DNA from: a virus
IMG/VR virus record: IMGVR_UViG_3300017757_000001
Length of the DNA stretch: 64,000 nucleotides
Strand: one strand, 5' to 3'
Positions 57,329 to 64,000 of the stretch are shown here, one piece after another (the stretch's first letter is position 1; each line of letters starts with the position of its first letter). The notes below the pieces were generated by a model. The model saw nothing but the letters and a program-made list of their open reading frames with translations. It was not told the DNA's origin and ran no database searches. The position numbers were made by a program, and so were the translations under genes.

Positions 57329-58207
57329 TTAAATGCTCTCATATTCAATTGAAGTATTTCCTAAACCCCAATCTTTTGTATTTTGTGTATCTGTAAAATT
57401 TTCTACCCATTTATAAACATCATTATATGCTTTAGAATCACCCTTAAAATCGCCTTTATTATCTAAATCAGCTACTCTAGTTCCATCATCTTTAGTGTAA
57501 TAAGCCCCATGTTCCATATGATAAAGTGGAGGATTATATAATACTTTTAAATCGCACCCGTTTAATACCGATTTTTTCTGAATATTAGTATCTACATAAC
57601 ATTGGTATATCATATTTTCTTCAAATCCTTTTATTTTATTCCAAACATCTTTATGTGCTATTTGAAAGTCTCCACAGCAGTTAATTAAACTATAATTATC
57701 ATTTGCTGTAACTTTAGCAGGGAAGTGTCTTTCAGGAATATTTGATAGTGATTGTCTTAGTTCTTTGATATTATGACCATGTTTATACACTAAATCTTTT
57801 GGTGCTTCTCTTCTAGATATAGTATAAAATGTATTTTTATCTAAAGTTTTAATTAGATTTAATAATTCTTCTCTAGTGGGGGGAATTATATCAATATTAG
57901 TAGAAACAACCCAATCACATTCACTTCTTTTAATTCCTATATTTCTACTTAATCCTTCATTACATTGTTGAGCTGTTGGCTCAGGGATTAATATTTTTGT
58001 AACTTCAGGTGGTATTATATAATGTTTTATTTTTCCTGTCTTAGATAATTTATCTTCTATTTCCCATAAAAAAGATCCTTCAGGAGAATTCCAATCAATA
58101 TAATTTACTTCATCAAAAGTTTCTAATGATGATTTAAAATGAATTATACCTCTTTCAAAGTCTTTATATCCATCATTTCTATTTACTACTACTACTCCTA
58201 CTTTCAT
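57329..58207 (-). CDS. Glycosyltransferase (GT-A fold)
   Basis: RNDGY, IDWNS, SRNIGI, TNIDII (DxD-like), GDFQ, YHMEH. Confidence 0.7.
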   Translation of the reverse strand: MKVGVVVVNRNDGYKDFERGIIHFKSSLETFDEVNYIDWNSPEGSFLWEIEDKLSKTGKIKHYIIPPEVTKILIPEPTAQQCNEGLSRNIGIKRSECDWVVSTNIDIIPPTREELLNLIKTLDKNTFYTISRREAPKDLVYKHGHNIKELRQSLSNIPERHFPAKVTANDNYSLINCCGDFQIAHKDVWNKIKGFEENMIYQCYVDTNIQKKSVLNGCDLKVLYNPPLYHMEHGAYYTKDDGTRVADLDNKGDFKGDSKAYNDVYKWVENFTDTQNTKDWGLGNTSIEYESI

Positions 58208-59066
58208 AATATTTAATTGTATTTTTTAAACCATTTTCTAAAGTGGTAAATTTATAATCTTTTAGATGAGTATTAATTAGTTTTTTATTAGGAGCCCCTA
58301 CAAAAGCATTTGTGTCCCATTCAATTTTATTATAATCATATCCTATAATATCACAAATGGTTTGAGCATAGTGGTTTAAAGTATATTCATTTCCTGAAGA
58401 TAAATTAAATATATCAGGTGCATCTGGGTTATTTATACAAGACATAATAATGTTTATAGCATCATCTATATAAATTAATTCTCGAGTTTGAGTTCCATCA
58501 CCCCATAAAACGACTCTTTCACCTCCATTTTTAGCTGTATGGATTTTTCTGATTAGGTCAAATATAAAATGTTTATCATCTAAATTATAATTAGGACCAT
58601 AAAGTACTGATGGAATCAAGTAATTAGAGGACATTAAATATTCTTTTTTTAATGCTTTTAAACCTACTAATAAATTACGTTTAGCATTACCATATACTTC
58701 ATAACCTTCTTCTACTTCACCTTTTAAATAATTTTCTTCAGTTTTAATTACATCTTTATTATAACCACAAGATGAACCAAAAGTAACCATATGAGCTCTT
58801 TGTTGGTATTGAGCCCAATAAGCCAACATATCAGCATTAATGCTAGAATTTACTATCCATTGTTCTCCTGGGTGTTCTTGACAATAACCTCCTGCTGCTG
58901 TTTTAACAGCCAAATGAATTACTACATCAATGGAATTTCTTTCTAATTCCCACATAGATGTAAAATTACTTGATGTGATTTCTATAACATCATGATTTTC
59001 ACTTTTTAATTTTTTTACTAATGGTTTTCCCACAAATCCACTAGCACCTGTGACTAATATTCTCAT
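58179..59066 (-). CDS. NAD-dependent epimerase/reductase (GDP-fucose synthase-like)
   Basis: GASGFVG, GSSCGY, YGNAK, WGDGTQTRELIY. Confidence 0.85.
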   Translation of the reverse strand: MRILVTGASGFVGKPLVKKLKSENHDVIEITSSNFTSMWELERNSIDVVIHLAVKTAAGGYCQEHPGEQWIVNSSINADMLAYWAQYQQRAHMVTFGSSCGYNKDVIKTEENYLKGEVEEGYEVYGNAKRNLLVGLKALKKEYLMSSNYLIPSVLYGPNYNLDDKHFIFDLIRKIHTAKNGGERVVLWGDGTQTRELIYIDDAINIIMSCINNPDAPDIFNLSSGNEYTLNHYAQTICDIIGYDYNKIEWDTNAFVGAPNKKLINTHLKDYKFTTLENGLKNTIKYYESRSSSSK

Positions 59067-59067
59067 A

Positions 59068-60012
59068 TTATAAATTTGTATATTTTTTATTATTATCTGT
59101 TATAATCATTTGAAAGGATTCTGATAGTTCATTAATACCTTTAGTAATAGTATAATCTGGAGACCAACCAGTTTTTTCTAATTTTTCATTAGATACAATA
59201 TAATCTCTATTATCAAAGTCAGATGAAAATTCATTTTCGATAATTACTAAATCTGGGAATTGTAGTTTTATAGCTTCTGCTAATTCTCTTTTATTAAGGT
59301 TAGCATCTGATAGACCAACATTATATACTTCCCCATTCATTGATTCATAATTTTCAATGCAATGTAAAAATGTTTTTGCTATATCGCGTACGTGTATGTA
59401 ATTTCTTTTAAATTGCGATTGAAACAATACTAAACACCCATCAGTCATAGTTTTATATACAAAATCATTAACTAATAAATCTGTACGCATTCTTGGTGAT
59501 GAACCAAATACTGTTGCTAATCTTAAACAAATACCATTCCCCCAATCCATAATATATTCTTCTGCTTGACATTTTGTTTTAGCATAGTGAGATAAAGGAT
59601 TAAATGGTGATTCTTCGGTAATTATATCTTTTGAACTACCATATTGACTATTTGTATTAGGCATTATTAACTTTTGCCAAGGTTTTAAATTATCTACAAT
59701 AGTTTGGATTTGCCCATAATTAATATTTGTTGCTAATTCTTTATTTGCATCACAAGCTGGTGCTCCCACAATTGCTGCTAAAGGAATTATTATATCATGA
59801 CGTTCAACTAAATGTTGTAAAAAATGATAATCAGTAATATCACCCTTAATAAAATTAAAATTATCATAATGACATAAATGTAGTAATGATGTTTGTTTGT
59901 ACATTAAATTGTCAACAACAGTTACTTGATAACATTTATTAACTAATACTTCTGCTAGGACAGAACCTAAATAACCAGCTCCCCCTGTAATTAAAACTCT
60001 TTTTTTATTCAT
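59068..60012 (-). CDS. NAD-dependent epimerase/dehydratase
   Basis: GGAGYLG, YAKTK, RLATVFG, RNYIHVRD. Confidence 0.9.
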   Translation of the reverse strand: MNKKRVLITGGAGYLGSVLAEVLVNKCYQVTVVDNLMYKQTSLLHLCHYDNFNFIKGDITDYHFLQHLVERHDIIIPLAAIVGAPACDANKELATNINYGQIQTIVDNLKPWQKLIMPNTNSQYGSSKDIITEESPFNPLSHYAKTKCQAEEYIMDWGNGICLRLATVFGSSPRMRTDLLVNDFVYKTMTDGCLVLFQSQFKRNYIHVRDIAKTFLHCIENYESMNGEVYNVGLSDANLNKRELAEAIKLQFPDLVIIENEFSSDFDNRDYIVSNEKLEKTGWSPDYTITKGINELSESFQMIITDNNKKYTNL

Positions 60013-60521
60013 AGTAAATCTGCATTTTTATCCCTTGAAGATAATATAGGATTATTAATAGGCCAAGGTATGTTAATTTTTGGATCATTCCATTTTACTG
60101 TAAATTGTTCTTTTACACCACCATATAAAGTAGATTGTTTATAACTAAAAACACCATAATCACTCATTACTAGGTGACCATTAGCAAATCCTGGAGGTAC
60201 TAAAATTTGATTTCTGTTTTTATCATTTATTGTAAATAGTTCCCATTCAAGATAAGTTTGACTTTCAGGTCTCATATCAACAACTGCTTGTAATAATGCA
60301 CCGTAAACACACTGTACTAATTTCCAAGTTTTAAAATCACCATGTAAACCTCTTAATGTGTGTTTTGATGATGTACTAATGTCATCTTGTTTAAATTGAT
60401 CACAATTAAAAACTTTATAATTTTCTATATTCCAAGTTTCAACATACTCCCCCCTATAGTCATAAAATATATCTGGTTGGATTATTGGTAGTCCTAATTT
60501 TTTACTATGTTCGTATTTCAT
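60009..60521 (-). CDS. rmlC: dTDP-4-dehydrorhamnose 3,5-epimerase family
   Basis: DYRG, TLRGLH, VDMRPES, VPPGFANG, WNDP; start re-called at MKYEH. Confidence 0.85.
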   Translation of the reverse strand: MKYEHSKKLGLPIIQPDIFYDYRGEYVETWNIENYKVFNCDQFKQDDISTSSKHTLRGLHGDFKTWKLVQCVYGALLQAVVDMRPESQTYLEWELFTINDKNRNQILVPPGFANGHLVMSDYGVFSYKQSTLYGGVKEQFTVKWNDPKINIPWPINNPILSSRDKNADLL

Positions 60522-61279
60522 AATTCTTTTATATTTATTTTTGCAGTTCCTTTTTTCTGTACTATTTGTGTTGAGCATTTATTTGCAAATTTTATTGCAC
60601 TTTCTATAGAATCGGTTTCTAAATAAGAATGTACTAATCCAGCTAAAAATGTGTCACCTGCTCCACTTGTATCTCTAACATCAACTTCCTCAACAGGATA
60701 TTTAATTCCCTGATATTGTGCTCCTTTACTTCCTAATGTTGTAATTATCTTTTTAGCAAATTCATCTTCATTATCATGTAAAAAACCAATACTTTGATCT
60801 AATTCTATTTCGTTAATTTTGATAAATTTAATATTATGAGCCCACCCATCAATTTCCTTTTTAGTATCTAAAAATGTTATAGGATGATGTTGAGCTATAT
60901 AGTCAATTTGGTGCCATTCTAAAAATCCTTTATCATAATCACTCATTACAATAGCATCATAATTATCCCAATCAATATTTTCTAATGTTTTTTGTTCAAT
61001 TGGGAAAATATCATTTTCACCTTCATCAATTCTAACAAACATATGATTTGTTCTATTATCAACATATCTTGTTTTTTTAATTTGGTTTGCATTTGATATT
61101 AGATCAACCTCTATATCTAATGCTCTTAAATTATCTGCAACATTACCTGCCATACCTTCAGTCGAAACATATGATTCAGGTTTTAAAATGGGTACTGGTG
61201 CATCTGGGCAAAATCTATTTGTTGTGCAGTAAATGTACTCATCTATACAACTATCTCCTATTACTAATACTTTCATCAT
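60518..61279 (-). CDS. PfkB-family sugar kinase (RfaE/HldE domain I-like)
   Basis: PDAPVP, GMAGNVA, SDYDKG, DTSGAGDTF. Confidence 0.85.
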   Translation of the reverse strand: MMKVLVIGDSCIDEYIYCTTNRFCPDAPVPILKPESYVSTEGMAGNVADNLRALDIEVDLISNANQIKKTRYVDNRTNHMFVRIDEGENDIFPIEQKTLENIDWDNYDAIVMSDYDKGFLEWHQIDYIAQHHPITFLDTKKEIDGWAHNIKFIKINEIELDQSIGFLHDNEDEFAKKIITTLGSKGAQYQGIKYPVEEVDVRDTSGAGDTFLAGLVHSYLETDSIESAIKFANKCSTQIVQKKGTAKINIKEL

Positions 61280-62172
61280 AGTTTATTTACTTTAATTATA
61301 TCATCCAACAATTCTTCTAATCTATCAAAATAAAATCCATTTTCTTGAACTGCTTTATAATTATTTTCTATTGCTTCTATTCTACTATAATAATCATTTT
61401 CATCTAAATTATTTAAAATTTCCAATAATTGGTCTTCATCTTGAAATCTAATAATACCTTTTTCATCATAACCCCATTCAGATATATTTTCAGCACCATA
61501 ATATATAGGTAAAGTTTTGGTAGCAAAACAATCTAAAATCTTATCTGCAAAATAATTATTTTCTTTTTTACTTTCAATAGCTACATGAAACATAGTATTT
61601 CTATCCCATACTTCTTTTTTACCTTCACCTTCAATAGGATTACCATACTTTGTAATTTTTTCTTCAAAATAACCTGGTCTTTGTCCTCTAGGATCAAAAT
61701 CTTTTAGTGTTTTATACCATTTATGAGGTATAGTAATTTTATCATCTAATGCTAATACTCTTTGTCTTAATTTATGACCTTCAAGTATCTCTAATACACC
61801 ACTTAAAAATGTTACTTCAAAATTTCTATTATTAATATCTTTATTTTCCCAACTTTCAATATATGGTCTATCTAAATTTGTTTCTCCATGAACAAATAAT
61901 AAACCATTTTCACAATGTTGTTGAATTAATTCCCATTGGGATAATATAAGACTAAAATGTTGTTTAATTGATATTGTATAATTACATAAATTAAAGATTT
62001 CATTAGGTTCATTTAGAATAATAATATTAACTGGATTAATGCTTAATTCTTCTTGAGTAGCAGGCCAATCACAAAATAATGTAATAGGTTTATCTTTATA
62101 TTTTTCACAGTTTACATCTATGAAAAATTCCATTCTTTCTTTTGCTATTGAGTTTTTAGTAAATATTTTCAT
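61276..62172 (-). CDS. Glycosyltransferase, GT10 (fucosyltransferase)-like
   Basis: FHVAIES...NYFADKILDCFATKTLPIYYGA. Confidence 0.75.
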   Translation of the reverse strand: MKIFTKNSIAKERMEFFIDVNCEKYKDKPITLFCDWPATQEELSINPVNIIILNEPNEIFNLCNYTISIKQHFSLILSQWELIQQHCENGLLFVHGETNLDRPYIESWENKDINNRNFEVTFLSGVLEILEGHKLRQRVLALDDKITIPHKWYKTLKDFDPRGQRPGYFEEKITKYGNPIEGEGKKEVWDRNTMFHVAIESKKENNYFADKILDCFATKTLPIYYGAENISEWGYDEKGIIRFQDEDQLLEILNNLDENDYYSRIEAIENNYKAVQENGFYFDRLEELLDDIIKVNKL

Positions 62173-63419
62173 TTAGGTACTTTTGTTATTTCACACACTG
62201 GGAAAGGAGTTATAAATGATACACCTTTATTATTAATAATGTCTTTATTCTTTTTTAATATTTCTTTTTCAAAATTATGGGATAATAATAAATAACTATC
62301 TGGTAATTCATTTTCATCTTCTTTAAATACTGGTATATGAGAACCTGGTGCGTAAGTTCCTATTTTATATGGGTTTACTTCTACAATCTTTTCAATCCAT
62401 GAACTATCAATTCCCATATAATTTAATAATGTATTACCTTTAACAGGAGCTCCATATCCCCACACTTTTTTACCTAGTATAAATTTAGAAAATAATAATC
62501 TTCTTAATTCAAATTTAATCTTACCAATACTTGCAGCAAACTGTCTAAATGAATTTAAATTATATTTCTTATCTCTTTTCTTTAATACTTTTGTTCTTTC
62601 TGTAATTTTACATTTATTTTTTCTGAATTTACATATTATACTACCACTATGAATTTCATCAAAATAAGTATCTTCTAAATGAAGATTATACTTTTTTAAT
62701 AATGTAGTTAAACTTTTTAAGGTATAATAACATAAATGTTCATGGTATATAGTATCAAAATTTAAATTATCAACCATAGCCCCCACATACATGCATTGTG
62801 CCACAAATACTCCATCATCTTTTAAACAATAATTAATTCCATTAATTACACTGTCTAATTCTTCTAAATGAAAAAATACACCAGATGCATTTATTAATTT
62901 AATACTATTGGGTTCTAGTTCATCTTTTACACTTGCTTCATTAAAAAATTCATTTATAGTATCAATATTTTTCTCTTCAGATAATTTACAGATATTAGTT
63001 GCTGATTCAAAATTAATAAGTTTTTTAAACCCTAATTTTTTATATTGTTCTAATTGTGACCCATCATTACCCCCAATATCTAATATAATATCATTTTCTT
63101 TATCTAAATTATAATCATTACTATTTTCTACTGCTAATTTATAAAAATGATCAATTAATGTTCTAGTTGTTCCTGATATATAAGAATGATCTAAAAACAT
63201 TGTTTCTTTTGGTACAAAATAACTTAATTGAAGTAATCCTGGTTTGTTACAATAAACTAATTGTAAAGGGTATGTAGGTTCTTTTCCACATTCGTTCTTT
63301 TTTAAAAAACCATTAGCCCAAGGTTGTTTACCTAAATCCAAAATAACTTCATAATCTGTTGTTAATTTGTTTTCACCTAATGAAAATATTTCTTTATTTT
63401 TTACCATGATATTTCCCAA
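62169..63419 (-). CDS. NDP-hexose C-methyltransferase
   Basis: LDLGKQPWAN, DIGGNDG, FDTIYHEH, YGAPVKGNTLLNY, PGSHIP. Confidence 0.85.
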   Translation of the reverse strand: MGNIMVKNKEIFSLGENKLTTDYEVILDLGKQPWANGFLKKNECGKEPTYPLQLVYCNKPGLLQLSYFVPKETMFLDHSYISGTTRTLIDHFYKLAVENSNDYNLDKENDIILDIGGNDGSQLEQYKKLGFKKLINFESATNICKLSEEKNIDTINEFFNEASVKDELEPNSIKLINASGVFFHLEELDSVINGINYCLKDDGVFVAQCMYVGAMVDNLNFDTIYHEHLCYYTLKSLTTLLKKYNLHLEDTYFDEIHSGSIICKFRKNKCKITERTKVLKKRDKKYNLNSFRQFAASIGKIKFELRRLLFSKFILGKKVWGYGAPVKGNTLLNYMGIDSSWIEKIVEVNPYKIGTYAPGSHIPVFKEDENELPDSYLLLSHNFEKEILKKNKDIINNKGVSFITPFPVCEITKVPK

Positions 63420-63796
63420 TCTTTAAATTCAGCTGCTATACAATCGATTTTATAATCTTTTCTACCATCACTGTGTTTTTGTATTTTATTTTTTGCAGTA
63501 TTTCTAATACCATTTAACCCATGGGTTAACCCTAAATTACCATCACCTGTTCCAGCGCGATATTTAGTTTCATTATGCCATATATGTAAGTTCATTTGAG
63601 ATAATACTATTATTGCCCTTACATCTTCTCCAGTTAATTGGATTTTATCTTCTTTTAGTATTTCTTCTATATCATGAGTTATTTCAGCTATTTCTTTAGC
63701 ATATTCTTTTTTATGGTCAGTAATGAATACTTCTTTTAATTGAACAATTGATAAACGATCTACTAATTCAGATAATGTAGGTAAGTATTTTCTCAT
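63401..63796 (-). CDS. Hypothetical protein of sugar cluster
   Basis: TLSELVDRLSI...NLHIWHNE. Confidence 0.55.
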   Translation of the reverse strand: MRKYLPTLSELVDRLSIVQLKEVFITDHKKEYAKEIAEITHDIEEILKEDKIQLTGEDVRAIIVLSQMNLHIWHNETKYRAGTGDGNLGLTHGLNGIRNTAKNKIQKHSDGRKDYKIDCIAAEFKDWEISW

Positions 63797-64000
63797 AATG
63801 TGTTGTAATAATTATTTTGTTTTTCTTGTTTTTCTATTGTTTTAGGATGATATAAGCACCATTCTTCTTCAGCTGGTAATTCTGCTACATAGTCATATCC
63901 ATCTAATATTTCATGTACTTTATTTTTCCACTTGATTTTACTATTGTTTTTGTAAATTCTCCATTGATAGTCTGGGAAATTAATCCATCCTTTATCGTTG
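63793..64000 (-). CDS. Glycosyltransferase (GT2-like), C-terminal part only
   Basis: ...FPDYQWRIYKN...KWKNKVHE...YHPKTIEKQEKQNNYY. Confidence 0.7.
   Translation of the reverse strand, partial: NDKGWINFPDYQWRIYKNNSKIKWKNKVHEILDGYDYVAELPAEEEWCLYHPKTIEKQEKQNNYYNTL

Noticed and set aside
3232-63114. All plus-strand ORFs in the track (e.g. 3232, 4721, 9464, 12288, 29257, 48009, 51752, 62908)
   Set aside because: Nearly all lie antisense to well-supported minus-strand genes, have shadow-frame composition (L/S/I/F-rich) and show no recognisable motifs
1-64000. Stop-codon reassignment as in some large Bacteroidota phages
   Set aside because: Long genes are intact in code 11, TGA and TAG both end genes, and no suppressor tRNA is seen

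Overview
This AT-rich 64-kb segment comes from a large contractile-tailed (jumbo-type) phage, and essentially all genes are on the minus strand. Several features point to a Bacteroidota, probably Flavobacteriia, host: T9SS C-terminal signals, a Flavobacterium-type bS21, TTTG/TAnnTTT promoters and a GE...AA tmRNA tag. From left to right the window contains a six-domain polyvalent protein with a P-loop kinase, then an exonuclease, a primase and a GIY-YIG nuclease. A baseplate/tail module (7.7-28 kb) follows, then a gp55-like sigma factor. An accessory region (30-56 kb) holds many small genes, often each behind its own copy of a repeated host-type promoter, and a nucleotide-sugar/glycosyltransferase cluster (56-64 kb) closes the window. 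The most unusual elements are: (i) a circularly permuted two-piece tmRNA; (ii) a tRNA-like gene with a UAU anticodon whose D-like hairpin lies 3' of the anticodon arm; (iii) a translation-support set of bS21, tRNA-Arg, tRNA-Leu and a split CCA-adding enzyme plus HD domain; (iv) a candidate protease-processed, virion-packaged polyprotein; (v) phage-encoded T9SS cargo and an outer-membrane beta-barrel. All calls come from reading motifs by eye; no database searches were run.
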